Positions 15,460 to 29,150 are shown, counted from the first letter of the stretch. The stretch: 64,000 nucleotides of DNA from Eledone cirrhosa (GCA_964016885.1 OZ024742.1:270568001-270632000); one strand, 5' to 3'. The notes: generated by a model from the letters alone, not told the origin. Numbers and translations are program-made.

Positions 15460-15841
15460 TATATTAATAAGAGGAATTCCAACTTTGTCTGATTTACTCG
15501 TTTTATGTACAATCCTTTAAAATGAATAATGGTATTATAATGAAATAGTATGATAGAATATTAAATTCTAAGTGTTAATTCAACAAGTACTTTCATGCTT
15601 TCGCAATTTTCAGGTTCATAATATGTGGTGACAGTCAAGTTTGCAATTTTCAATTTGCAAACTTGACTGTCACCACATATTATGAACCTGAAGATTGCGA
15701 AAGCATGAAAGTACTTGTTCAATTAACACTTAAAATTTAATATTCTATCATACTATTTCATTATAATACCATTATAAATTTTAAAGGATTGTAAATAAAA
15801 CGAGTAAATCAGACAAAGTTGGAATTCCTCTTATTAATATA
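15460..15841. mobile_element. Fold-back element with outward-reading hammerhead in each arm
   Basis: Arms 15460-15646 / 15655-15841 are near-perfect reverse complements; AATAAA lies downstream of the HHR on the right arm. Confidence 0.9.
15683..15721 (+). ncRNA. Minimal type I hammerhead ribozyme, intact core
   Basis: ugaac-CUGAAGA-uugc-gaaa-gcau-GAAA-GUAC-UU-guuca. Stem III region AAGUACUU is palindromic. The left-arm copy (~15580-15618, minus) has CUGAAAA. Confidence 0.78.
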
Positions 15842-15848
15842 TATATAT

Positions 15849-16159
15849 ATAGTATAAATAAACGAAAAATCAGTGATGCATCTGGACTCAGTTTATTGCG
15901 TGTTACAATTGTTTCGCCGGCAGGTAGCTCGAGACATGATCACTGTATGGAACTGGCTGATTCTACGGCTGCAGGTTATATCAGACACATGCAATTCTTT
16001 CGGACCAAATTTTCTCGCCGTCGCCCTGTCATCAAAAAACACCTTCACCTGGCTGATGACCAGTGTAGCAGTAAATAGTCACCAGAATTTAGGATGACGT
16101 AGAAAAACCACAGCCAATGGCATGACAAGCGTGGAAGATGTTTTTTGAAGGTGTTTTTT
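15849..16159 (-). mobile_element. Short HHR-like repeat, copy 2, with internal inversion
   Basis: Homologous to 9555-9839; segment 16050-16159 is inverted relative to copy 1. Confidence 0.78.
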
Positions 16160-16177
16160 GTATAAACTATGCTTGAA

Positions 16178-16621
16178 GTGAATTTCATATATCTAAATAT
16201 ATGGGATATGTTTAACAAATAACAATTTTGGAAGCCTCAGCTATGAATAGAAGGGTGACGGCTATTGCTGTCTATTGGATTCCACTAGAAGCAGTAGAGG
16301 ATAATTGTGTGTATATTTCGAAATTAATGGTGCTCATCATGACAATGCACCATCTTGCCTACTACTGGACTTTGTAACAGATGAAAATATAGTTTTTCGC
16401 CTGTTTAAGTTGGCCAATTAGACTTATTTGCATAGAAATATATATAAGCTGGCTCAGCTTAAAATTTGATTAGAATTTGGGTTCGACATAGCTGAATACA
16501 AACATACATGTGAATTTCATATATCGAAAGATATACCATATGTTTAATAAATGAACTCTTTGAAAGCCTCAGTCATGAATAGAAGGCTGATGGCCAACGA
16601 CTACTAGCGGAATCCACTTGA
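16178..16621. repeat. Diverged ~110-bp direct repeat (16178-16290 and 16511-16621)
   Basis: gtgaatttcatatatc...atatgtttaa...aagcctcag...atgaatagaagg...ccact occurs twice. Confidence 0.75.
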
Positions 16622-16949
16622 GTTAAGTATAATTATTTACAAGAGTGACGAATACAGGTAGTTAATTTTCGTTGATTTATTCACCCCGAATCATTTAGCC
16701 TGTTATATAAAAATAGCTTCACTACATTTTGATTTGAGAAAATACACGTGAGTTCTTCAAGGGAAGGTATTTTGAAATTTACCTCTGAATAAACAAATTT
16801 TCAGATACTGTAAAGGGAGGTAATTATAAAAATATGCAACGTTATTAATTCAAATAAATTAAATTATTTGAAAAAATTAAAATGAGGTAGTCTGGTCTGA
16901 ACATTTTTTCGGAATGCCTTTTGCTTCGTGTGGACAGCGACTTAATTAC

Positions 16950-17575
16950 CAGCATCGACTTCTTTGGTCGTTGTCCGAACTGTATGGACTAGGCCAACTG
17001 ATTTATATTTCAATTTTTTTGAATTACTAACTTTGCTCTGAAGACGGCTCAAAAGCCACATGTTTTCTCACAAATAATAGGAAAACACTTAAAAGGAATA
17101 TTCCCTCTCTGGTCATGCATATTTCAGTGTCTGGTTATTCCACTTTCAGAACAAATGTTTCCACAGACCTGACAAATATAATTATCTCCCGTGGCAAAAG
17201 ATCATCATAGTCAGCCTGTCCGTCGTATAATATTTGGTGAATAAAGAGACAAGCTCTAGAAAACAGTACTCTCTCACACTTGTTACAGCTAACGTTTGGA
17301 GTGAAATTTTCTGAAATTTCTCAGTTTAGTCCTTTTGGAAAGGATCTTTTGAGCTTTGCATGTTTCATGCATTTTGTCTCAAATTTCTCGCATACATCTT
17401 TAATAATGATACGCCAAACTATTTTGTTCTTTGCTAAGGAAGGCCAATTTGTAATATCCATATCAAGAAATGGTTACTCTGGCCTATTTTAATTTAAATC
17501 TCTCCATATAACAAGCGCTTTGCAACCTGGTATGATCCATTCTGATAACCTAAGCCTTCCAACGCATCTTGCTGT
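16950..17575 (-). pseudogene. RTE-clade LINE 3' region with C-terminal C2H2-like zinc fingers
   Basis: Minus strand: MRW..VIRMD..R, LLYGEI, NWPSLAKNKIVWR...FE, CNKCERVLFSRACLFIH, YICQVCGNICSESGITRH. Confidence 0.72.
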
Positions 17576-18249
17576 ATGTATGTATATATACGCATCCTGC
17601 CATATCAACCTTGTTATTTATATGAGTATCCACAGACAACAGAAAGCAATAACACATTGTTATTCAAACGCGACAAAATTCGAATTATTGAAAGAATTAT
17701 ATCATGCTGAAGAAAAAGAACAGTTTAAATTATATCATTGGTAGTATGTAGAAAGGTTTATTTAAGAAATAATTAGGTGAAATAATTTTGTAGTCTATAA
17801 TAATATTAATGGTTTCATTGACTAAATGTCTTTGTAACAACGAGTTTGATATTCTGATAATTGAATAACGAGAACAACAATAAATTTATATTGAAATTTC
17901 ATACTTGAACTTCAAAAATACTGATTATATTTCTCTTATTTAATCTTTCAATAAGCTAACATAACAATATATAAATAATACAGAAACAAGGTATTTACAA
18001 CTTATTTAAAGAAACGGTTTCAACATTAGTTTCAATAATATCCCGTAGCTGGTCTTTTTTCTGATCATTACACTAACAGCTTATGACAGGTGATAAGAGA
18101 AGACAGGTAGAAGACAAAACGACTGTATTGGATGCGTTGTCTGTTTTACACTATGAGGCGCGACAGTAATGTGTGTGACAAGAAGAAAATGTGACACAAA
18201 ACAGTCCCTGGATTATTGCAATCTCAGATTCCAACCAAGAATGAAGCAC

Positions 18250-19132
18250 TACGCCATGACTAGGGCAAACTGCGTATCAACGCTACTGTGGCCCATCCGT
18301 TAGCAGTTGCATTCCTCAGGTCATGGAGGACGCCCTCTTTACTGTAACCAGAAGGTGATTTTCAGCGGAAATGGGACTCTTTCAGAGACACCATCCAATT
18401 CGAACATGGAAGAGAAGCGCACTACTCTGTTGAAGCACAACCACTATCCCTCCAGGGCAAATCTGCGAGCATTGAGAAAAACTAGTAACAACATGAACAA
18501 AATATTGCGAGACGCTTTGCAAATGGCTACTAACTACAACTATGCGATGGCAACCAGCTGTGAATTTGATACGAGCAACATTCGGGGAATTTGTGAGAAT
18601 ATTAAGAAGCAGGATCCAGAACAGGCAAAACACAGATTGGTCCAAACAGGCCACCAGCACTGAAGACCTCAACCACGCCAAGATAACCAGCAACAACGTC
18701 AAAATGCCCAAATAGCACCGTCTGTGCTTGCTCAGTCACGTTCATCCAATGACCGACAGGTGGATACCCAAAGTCCTACTGAATTGGGAAATGACCACCG
18801 GCAAAAGAGCTCGATAACGACCTCGTTTCAAATATGTCTGCACTAAAGATATAAAGTGAATAGATCTGGTCATCCAGATATGGGAGAAGTGTGCTCATGA
18901 TCAACCAGGAGGGAGACAGGTACTGTGCAAGGGTATGGGGCGAATGGAATAGCAACCGAAACTTTCCTCAGAGGAAAAGCGTGCTCGAAAAAAGAAAAGC
19001 ACTGAAGTACAGGAGGAGAGCATCTTTAAATGCACTCGCTGTATATGAAATTACAACTGCTGACTACACCACCGACAGCTGCCGACACAAACTTCTCCAG
19101 TCACAGATTCATGGTCTTTCGAGACCGAGGGA
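18250..19132 (+). mobile_element. Internally deleted RTE (BovB-like) element
   Basis: Linker peptide EEKRTTLLKH..PS..NLRALR...NIRGICENIKK is joined almost directly to C-terminal RL..LSHVHPMTDRWIPKVLL..EM..GKR..RP. It ends in the RTE-like 3' end catggtctttcgagaccgagggatg. Confidence 0.72.
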
Positions 19133-19214
19133 TGTTAATAATATACACATATATAACATTAATTACCTTAATAAAATAACTTCAGTATTCAGTACTCTTT
19201 TCACTCATCTGTCA

Positions 19215-19538
<324 letters not shown>

Positions 19539-22277
19539 AGGGAACGTCAGATTCAGTAACAATAAAATATGGCATCAAAATAATGTTATTAATGGACTTA
19601 ATAAACTAATACATGTTACATGTTACATTTTATGGCCAGTAGGTGCGGGAAGGTACCAAAGATCCAATTGGATTAAGCAGTTATATGTACATTGTAAGTA
19701 AAATAGCGGATTGGATGTGTAATTGGGGGCCGCAGGCGGTGTAATATGTTTTGGACGCACCAATTCATTCTGTATTTTGTTCTATTCTACATCTGTTTGT
19801 TATCTCCCAAACATCCACAGCTTTCGTTGGAAATGAGCGTATGCGGCATATATGTATTTATATCTAGTTTCTCTCTCTATATATATATTTATGTAATATA
19901 TGTGTGTATATATATGTGTGTGTGTGCGGATGCGTGTGTGCGTATGTGTGTATAATGTATGTATTACGTTTAAATCGTTATTATCACTTCTCTTTAACTG
20001 CACAATATTCTGGAGCTTCAGTGCTGGAAACTTACTCAACATTTCATACATCTAGGTATTTACCTGAATATTTAATGTTTAATATAAACAAGCTCTGATG
20101 TGAAATTGATATACACTGAATGTTCCACATATATACTTTAGTGTTTCATAAATGAACCGACAGATGTGTATGTACACAGTTAATATTCAAATAAATCGAG
20201 ACAACATGGATGCGTGTATGTCATCTCACGGCATGCGATCAACATTTGCAATCTCTCTCTCATATCTCATCACATACTACCGTCTTAGAAATGAGGGACA
20301 CAGATCATTTTGCTATAGTTATGTAAATATTACAAAGTTGATGCTCGTTCATATGTTCATATATATGATGGGGGGTGTTGCAAAAATGTTGTCGCTGAAG
20401 AGAAAATGCTTTGAGATTATCGTCAGTATTTCAGCGCCTAATTTACTGTCCCAACGGTCTCATATTTGCAGTTTATCTTTTTGGCGCCGATAAGCTACCA
20501 GTCTAGGTCATTGTACAGATAGAATCATTCGAGCATTATACGAGTTTCCTTGCGGTATTTGTCCGGGCTCTTTTCCACATTAGTAGAAATTCCACTGTGG
20601 TCTCTTTGGTGGTGGACAATCCACAGGTTTCACACACCTCTTTGGCTGTCGGGAATTTTATAATTCCCTCACTCAGACCCATCACGGAATTTTTCAAATA
20701 ATTCATATGGAAGCTATTTCCTTCCCCAACTATACAACAAAAAGAAACAAAATAATTTTCTGAAGACCAGCAAAAGAACAGCAAAAACAAAATCATAAAT
20801 AAGTTATTTAAAAATATATATTGGTAATCGATCGCAAACACTATCAAATGTTTACTTATTCAGAAATGTTATTTTCTGTGTGTTTGACTTATTGTATTCT
20901 ACTTTCATTAAAGTCAAGAGGGGAAAAAGTGAAATTAGGAAGGAATCCTCGTGGGATGTGATTCAGAAATATCTAATGCAAATACGTCGATAAAATGAAT
21001 TGACAAATCTAGCAATATTTTCCTCGAGCAATAAATTTAGTCACACCTACCTTCTTTTTTTATTTAAATCATTTCTTAAATTATCTGATGCCATTCATAC
21101 TCGATAAAACAGCACGCAATTCGTTTATTTCTCTTTATTTGTGTAAATACAAATAATCCACAAATACTTTCTCTCCCTTTCTCTCGATCTATCCAAATTC
21201 TTTTTTTGATGTTTATTTTGATTTTGACTTTATTTATCCCCAGTCTCTCGAGATGTGCTTCCTGAACACTAATAGAAAGGTAATCACAAATCTCGTATGA
21301 TGTTTGAAGTACTATTTAAGGCATTTCATATAAATTCCATTTTGCTGATTATCTTTACGAAAAAGATCAAAGCCATGACCTAGTTTACTGATGTGATAAC
21401 GGCTGAATGACATAACGATTTATAGAGATTTACATTGAAAACATTGGATAATATAAGGAGGCACGTGTTATTGGGGCTTATGAAAACACGCATATATACA
21501 AAGATGCACACATGTAAATACACATATAAAATACAAGCATGCATGCTTATACAGATACATACTGCATATATACAAGTATAGATTCAAGCTGCCTTAAGAT
21601 TTACTAAATTCATTCATTTCAATTAAAAGAATATTACAAATAAGAACAGGTGAACATTCTTTTCATAATTTCTACCGAGGACAAATTTAGTAAGCTCGAT
21701 CAAATTATTTGATACAGAAAAATGGAAAGTTTATATAATTATAAAAGCCAGCTGCCCAGCATATATGAACATTTATTTCAAGTTTCTGACAAATAACAAT
21801 TACAGACAAAAGGTTTTTTTTTTTTTTTTTTTTCTTTCAGTACAGTATAAAATCATATTATGAGAGATCACGGGTAATTTCATTGATGCAAAAATTTAAT
21901 ATTCACACAGGTATATATATAAACTGTAAGAGAGTAAAGAAAAAAAAAAGGTGAAGAGAACGAGAAAATGAAATTCAAAAGAGCGATTAAGAATAGAGAA
22001 GTAGTAAATTCTACTCACTTGAAACGTAGTAAATCTCAGCGATTCACTGTGGAAGGAAATGCTATAGCATTGCCAGTAATAAGCGCCAACGATACTGAAT
22101 GAATCAACTGTTTCGCCTCACCTGGTGTTTTCTCAGATTGGATGCGTTCCGCCCGAACTTACAACACTATAGAGATTGACGACACTTTTGTCTCAAAGAC
22201 AACCGGCATAAAAGGAGAGGATGAGCCAAGCACGATTATTAGCTATCGTCTGCTCCCCTGATTGATTATTATAAAAA

Positions 22278-22378
22278 AAATACTTTTTTATTGTTTCCCT
22301 TTAAAAAGAAAATGTTATTCGTTTTGTTTTGTTTCCGTTCGTTGTCTTCTCATTGTTTTTAAATTTTCTTAATTTCAT

Positions 22379-22445
<67 letters not shown>

Positions 22446-22579
22446 TATATATATATGTGTGCGTGTGTGTGCGCGCGGGGGTTGGTGTATAAAATTAAGA
22501 AATTAAAAAGGGACAAGACAACGAACGGAAACAAAACAAAAGGACAAATAATTGTTTAAGAGGAAACCTTAGAAAGGTA

Positions 22580-22585
<6 letters not shown>
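22278..22585. repeat. Diverged inverted repeat around a (CA)n-(TA)n-(TG)n centre
   Basis: ttttgttttgtttccgttcgttgtctt...aattttcttaatttcatac versus gtataaaattaagaaatt...aagacaacgaacggaaacaaaacaaaa. Confidence 0.82.
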
Positions 22586-22616
<31 letters not shown>

Positions 22617-22762
22617 GAAGGGCACAGATCTCAATGGTCATTGGCTATTGGGATTTCCTTGGGCAGTTTTGACCCCCACCAACGTTACTCCTGATCCATA
22701 CGGGGTCACAGTTTCTGACATAAGACAAACGCTCTGCGAAGGTGTAAGGGCGATACATACAT

Positions 22763-22820
<58 letters not shown>

Positions 22821-22929
22821 TCTTGTGATTTTATAATTTCACAAAGTTTTACCAATAGAGAGAGAGTCGGTTTCTAACATAGACACAAGACTCTCTCATT
22901 GGAATTTACACAACATCAACTAGGTAGAT

Positions 22930-25890
22930 ATGTATGTATGCATGTGTAGATATGGATGTTATTGTATGTGTGGATGTGTATGTTTTGAGTTGTATGAGTG
23001 CATGTGTATATGCAGTTATTAGATGCAACATTTTTAGAATGTTTTACATATTTTTACTGTTCCATTAATGGATTGTACTTGTACTTTACTAACTAGTTGT
23101 GTCCTTTCTGTTCCTGTGAAGCCTAGCTTCTCAAGATTTGTATTGAGGCATTTACTAACACACCCCAGTGCCCCAATAAACACAGGCATATATCTGAAGG
23201 TGTATCAGTGTCGTATATCTGCAGATTTCTCATAAGTTCTGCATAAACATTCTCCTTTTCACTAATCTTTCATATTATATTGGCATTTGCTGGGCAGCTA
23301 ATTTCCACTACTGTGCATGCTTTCTTCTCCCTGTCCCATATCATAATATCTGGTATGTTATGCCTTCATTTTATTGGGTATTTTTACTGGAACATTCCAC
23401 CAGTACTCTTTCATATTATGTACATGGATGTCTTCCACATTGCTGTAACTTTTAATGTGTTTATTATCGGGGCTATCCTTTTTACGAACTGTATTGTACA
23501 GTGTTTTGGCCACTACATCATTCCTCATAGGTAGATAGTTCCGCGATGGCATCTTTGGACAGCTGCTGATGATATGGATGATATCCTTGATGTTAGTTCT
23601 GCAGAGTCTGCACTTGTTATCACATCTAGGTGCTTTGCCTGCATACCTATCTCTTTTGTGAATCAGGTATTTCGTTTTAATCTCCTGTTCTTGGATTGCA
23701 AAAGCGTATCCTTCAAAGTGGGTGCCAATATAGCGGTTGTTGGTGCAAGATAGACTACTTTCCTTATCTATATTTCTCTAACTCTGGAGCTTGCTGGCAA
23801 TATATCCATGCATGATTTTTTGCTGATAAGCCTGCAGTTTTTCATCCATGAATTCAAAGCGATACTGCTGAGCGACATGTGTGAGTTTTTGATTATCACA
23901 CAGGGAATATCTCTCGAGTAGCTCCTTCTCAACTCTCATGATGTTATCTGTTTCATGCATATATACTTGCTCGAGAAACAGGCTCCTACGCTTCGAGGTT
24001 CGTAGATGTTGTCGGAGAGATATGATGCGACATTCAAATGTTGTCTGCCTCCTCCCTGCTTACGTTTCAAGTAAAGGCGGTCTATGTCAATGTTGATGTG
24101 GAAGTTTCCGGTGTTGTTTAGTATTTTTCGAGTTCCAACATCAACTGCTCGGATTTCGTCTATCGTCCAATTGAGTATTCCAAACGTTGGTGTTAGGACA
24201 GGCACAGCAGAAACATTGTGAGCCACTGTTTTGTTTTGCGCAGAAAGTTCCGATGACCAGATCTTTCTTAATAGGGTGTAGTATACCCTGGTTACGCGTT
24301 CTTTATTACAGATACCATTATAGGATATGTTCTCATCTATCCCCAGGTATCTGTAGCAGTCCTCATCAGATATCGGTGAAACAGTTAGGCCATTGATGAC
24401 AATGTTGCTAGACTGGGTTGTTGATTTCCCCCGCTTTACAGTCATGTATGAGCATTTATCTGGGCCAAACTATATTCCTATATCCTTTGAGAACGTTGTA
24501 ACCAGGTCAATATTTTTTTTCATCCCATCCATGTTCTTGGCATAGAGTTTCAGATCGCCCACAAAGAAATTATGTGTTACGTTCGTATTTCTGTCCTCCT
24601 GTGAGCCAATGATGTATCCCTCACATTTCTTGAGTAGAAAAGACAAGGGGTTCAATGACAAGATGAATAATATCACACATAGACTGTCCCCCTGAAATAT
24701 ACCCCTGCAATATTTTATTTTATCAGTGAAAATAGAGTCCTCCCTCTCTGTCTTTAACCTTAGGATAGTAGCCTAAGAAGAAGACAGCTTCTCTATGACT
24801 CTGGCAATAATGTCTGTGGCTTTAGTAAGTTCGAGGGCCTCTATCATCCAAGAGTGGGGAACAGAATCGAAAGCTTTTGTGTTCTATGTAGTCCAGCCAG
24901 ACTGTAGCCATATTCCTCATAAGTTGTAGCACCTCCGACATCGCAGTTTTGTTGATTAGGAGTTGTTCAGCACATCCCCAAACCCCTTTCTTTCCAGCTG
25001 TTTTTTCATCTGTGATGATGTTAATATTTTCACAGTGATCTTGGAGGAATAGGTTCAGGCAGGCTGTATACGTCTTATACATCAGGTTCTCGCATGCAAT
25101 GGGTAGGTAGTTTTTTTGCCAAATGGGTGTCTTTATTCTTGGGGACCAGTAATGCTTGTGCTAATGTCAACTATTCTGGAATAAGTGTATCTCCCTTAAG
25201 AACTTGTTGGTAGAGGTAAGTATGACACCTCCGATAGAATATCAGTTTTTTTGTACCAGTAGCCGACAACCATGTCTCTTCCTGGTGTTTTCTTATGTTG
25301 GAGTTTTCCTATCACAGTCTCAAGAGTACCCTCACTTATTTCGTATGTTTTTGTTGTAGTGTAGGAGCAATAGTTCTTTCGGATTTCTCTTAGCACACTG
25401 CATCTTGGTTGAAATTCTTCTTTTCACCCCATATTTTGCTCAAAAAGGAATCTATGTCTTTCTGGGATGGAGCCTCAGTGACACTTATTATTTTGTCCTT
25501 CATATCTCTATAGACTGATGTTTGGTTTCGTCTGAATCTTTTATAAAGCACTTTTCTCTCATCTACCTTCAGGTTCGGCGTTTTTCGCTAACAACTCTCA
25601 ATTCTCTTTTGAAGGTGATCAGCTTATAGTGGAGAGTTCTGGTTCTACTGTTACCAAACATCGTCTGTATTTTATTTTTCACTCTTTGTTGGTGAGGAGT
25701 GAGGTTTTATTGTGTTTGTTTGCATGTAAGGAACATTGTCACATATCCTATGTTTCTTCGTAGGTCAGCAATCTTTTTTTCTATTTTAGTTATATATGAT
25801 GGTATTTTTGGTGGTGTTCTGTTCTTCTTAATATCTCTGCTATTACCACGATAATGTTTCACTGTTATTGCTAAGGCATATGAAGATGTA
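22930..25890 (-). mobile_element. Decayed R4/Dong-type non-LTR retrotransposon A (RT, CCHC, restriction-like endonuclease)
   Basis: [57 protein letters not shown]...HIISSC, PDIMIWD...EISCP, IGALG; many frameshifts. Confidence 0.9.
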
Positions 25891-25891
25891 C

Positions 25892-28010
25892 ATCCAACTC
25901 CTCACTCTTCCCAAATAGTTTAACATCGTCCATGAAGAGGAGGTGATTGATGGTAAGCGTTCCTTTCCCCAACTTGTATCCTGCTCTCACTGTTCGGAGT
26001 ATAATGGTCAGGGGTATCAGGGCAAGGACAAACAACAGAGGGGACAAACTATCTCCCTGGAAGATACCTCTCTTGATCTTCACGCCTCCCAAGGATTCTC
26101 CATCCGATGTTAACTCTGTTTCCCAGGACTTCATACTTTTGCCCAACAACTCTCTGATGTTATCTGCCACATTGAAGATCTCTAGGCTTTTGGTTATCCA
26201 AGAATGAGGAACAATGTCGAATGGCTTTTTGCAATCTATACATCCCATGGCAAGACCAGTATGTCTCCTCTTGCAATTCCTCATTACCATTTCATCAATA
26301 AGTAACTGGTCTTTTGTACCACGGGACTTCTTTCGGCATCCTTTCTGTTCGTCCGGTAACAAGTTGTTTATGTGGAGGTGATGGTAGATTTTCCTCAGAC
26401 ATAATGCTTGTTAACAGTTTCCACATTACGGACAGATATGTGATAGGTTTATAGTTGGTAACATCATTACCCTTGATTCCAGTCTTTCATTACCAGAACT
26501 GTGGTACCTTTTGTCAACCACTCTGGTACCTCACCTGACATCAAGCAGTCATTGAACAAGGTTGTCAGTTTCGGGTGGAGGGATGTTATATTTTTGTTCC
26601 AATACCCCTGCACACCATCTGGGCCTGGTGATTTCCAGTTGGTTAGTTTTTTGGCCTGCCCTTTAATAGTTTCAACTGTGATAGGCAAATCAGATTCTTG
26701 GTGTGCTTGTTCACTTATCTCCTTTTGTACTGTCTCAATCCACACTGCCTGATCATTACGTTCAACATCCTGCTCCCATATTCCTCTCCGGAATGTCTTA
26801 GTCTGTCCGCCTCAGGGAACAAGGCGTTGCCTCTTTCTTTCCCTTCAAGCTGTGCAAACAACATCTGGCTGTTGTTAAACATGCGGTTCTGTCTATTCTG
26901 ACTGACTCTGCTCTCATACCGCCTAATCTTTGCACTATTTGCTACAATGCGTTGCTTCGGTGATGATATTTAGCTTTTTCCTCCTAGCTTTGTACTTTAT
27001 TTCCATTCTATTTTCAGTGTCTATATTTTGTTGTGTCCCATTCAGTAGGGGCTCAAGCTTTCCAATGTCATTTCTCATTTCCTAAATTTGACCACTGAGT
27101 CGTTTGTTCTACCAAATTTCTGGTCTTTCTTGTTTGTTGTTTCCTCTCGTTTTTATGCCAAGTAATTTCCTCACTGCATTTGCTATTGCCTTGAGGATAT
27201 TGTTGCATTGGTGAAGGTTCCTCGCCTAAAGGTAAGGGATGACTTTGTTTCCCTTAGCTGTTGTTTCTTTTAACTTTTTCCTGTCTACAAATCTTAGGTT
27301 CATAGGTTTCCCACTATCATTGTTCTTTTCATCTACCACTAAGTTTAGGATATCAACCAAATCTTGTCGTAGCCCTTCAACATTCATTTCCTCAATGGCC
27401 GTATCTTTGTTCAGGGCATTATTTATTTCAGCATTAACATCATTGTCTGCTTCGGATGTTTCCTCCGTTCTCTCAACCTCTTCACCTTCATTTCCCACTG
27501 GCTCGTTTGTCTGGCATATTCAACTCTCCATTTCCAACCTAATCTCTCTGCTCAGTTACTCCAGTTCCAACTCGCTTATCCATCCATTAGTTCTTATTAC
27601 CCGAACCTGCCTGGCCAATTTTGGTTCATCTAATTTAAATAGTCCAATCTCGTTCCAGATGTTATGCATCCGTTTCCTATAGCCTTTTTCCTTGGGGTTA
27701 CTCTTCAGGTAACATTCCATGACAGTTCTATTCAATTCTTTCGTCTTGTTGGTTCTTTTACCTTTCCTTCTTCTTCTTCCTCCAACACTAGCAGTATTTG
27801 GATGAATGACAGGTCTCTGCTGCTGGGCCAGGGGTCACCTGCTGAGTGATTGTCTGTCACATGGCCTTCCAGTCTCCTCTTCACCGTTATTCGAACTGTT
27901 TAGGTTCGACGTTTAAACACTCATATCGAGGATTGGCGAATGTATGGTTATATACCCAAGGGTGATTTCATCACCCCCGGTGATTTTAGCGTGGCACTAT
28001 CACGCTGTAG
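25892..28010 (-). mobile_element. R4/Dong-type element B, 5' half (N-terminal domain to RT motif C), 3'-truncated
   Basis: MECY...[64 protein letters not shown]. Confidence 0.9.
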
Positions 28011-28262
28011 ACGAACATAAATGGATAAACAAATAAATAGTTAAAAACTTTAAAAAATAAACATAAGTTTCATTGTAATGTTTGAATGTCTGGCTTAGAT
28101 TTTTTGATTGTTTGTTTATTTTTTCCTTTACGTTTTTCGTTTTTCAAGGCCAGTAACATCGGTTACTAGCGTTGTTGCGGCTGCTGTTGCTATTTTTTTA
28201 AATTTTAGCTACGTGTGAAGTAGGGGTGTTGCGTTCAAAGCTTTTGAAATTTGTTTTTTGTC

Positions 28263-28970
28263 TGTGTTCTGTTCTATAATATTTCGACTTGTTGCTTATT
28301 ATTATATTATAGTTTAGATTTGAGATCGTTCAAACTAAACATTTTGAGAGAGTTTAGAGTTTAGAGATACAACAACAATAATTATTATTTTGGTGTTGTT
28401 GTTGTTGTTAGCTGTTTGACCGGGTCACTAAATCAGTCTATTTATATCTTTTGATGCCTTCCTCGCTTATTCATGTGTAGTGGCAATACTACCATGCCTC
28501 TCTTAACATGAGGTAGTGAGGGAATACTGGTGGTAACAATGATGCAGTGGTGGCGGTGGTGATGGGATATTAGTACTATAGTGATTGTGTTGCTGCAGCC
28601 TAGCTAGATTGTTTGTGGTAGTGGTGATGGGGGTGGCGGCGGTGGTGGTGTTGGGGGTGAAATTATTTCGCTGTTGTTCGTAACCATTTTCTTGTGTTCT
28701 GTTCTATATTCTTTCGACATGTTGCTTATTATTATTATTATATTATAGTTTACATCTGACATCGTTGAAACTAAACATTTTGAGAGAGTTTCGAGTTTTG
28801 AGATACAACAACAATAATTATTATTTTGGGGTTGTTGTTGTTGTTAGCTGTTTGACCGGGTCACTAAATCAGTTTATTTATATATTTTTATGCCTTCAAC
28901 GCTTATTCATGTGTAGTGCCACTACTACCATCCCCCTCTTAACAGGAGGTAGTGAGGAAATAGTGGTGGT
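28263..28970. repeat. ~275-bp direct duplication (28263-28533 and 28693-28970)
   Basis: tgtgttctgttctata...gatacaacaacaataattattattttgg...gaccgggtcactaaatcagt...gaggtagtgagg occurs twice. Confidence 0.9.
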
Positions 28971-28977
28971 ATTATTT

Positions 28978-29150
28978 TGGCAGTATCGGTAGATACTATC
29001 CAGCATAGTTAGGTCCTTTTATGGTCTTAGTTCAAATCACACCGAGGTTGACTTTGCCTTTCATCCTTACGGGATCAATAAAATAAAGTACCAGTAATGC
29101 ACTGGTTAATTGCTGGCCTTGTGGCAAAAGTAGAAACAATTATTATTATT
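28978..29150 (+). mobile_element. tRNA-type SINE with (ATT)n tail
   Basis: B-box-like gttcaaatc, core gaggttgactttgcctttcatccttacgg..ataaagtaccag (resembles the Meta/Sauria-type central domain); four copies in window. Confidence 0.85.

Noticed and set aside
20365-20700. Possible mariner-type terminal repeat
   Set aside because: No partner TIR or transposase motif found.
22850-22905. HHR-like string on the minus strand (...GAAACCGACUC)
   Set aside because: 5' core not recognisable in this copy.
27930-28015. HDV-like ribozyme at the 5' end of R4 element B
   Set aside because: Two simple hairpins seen, but no nested double pseudoknot could be built.
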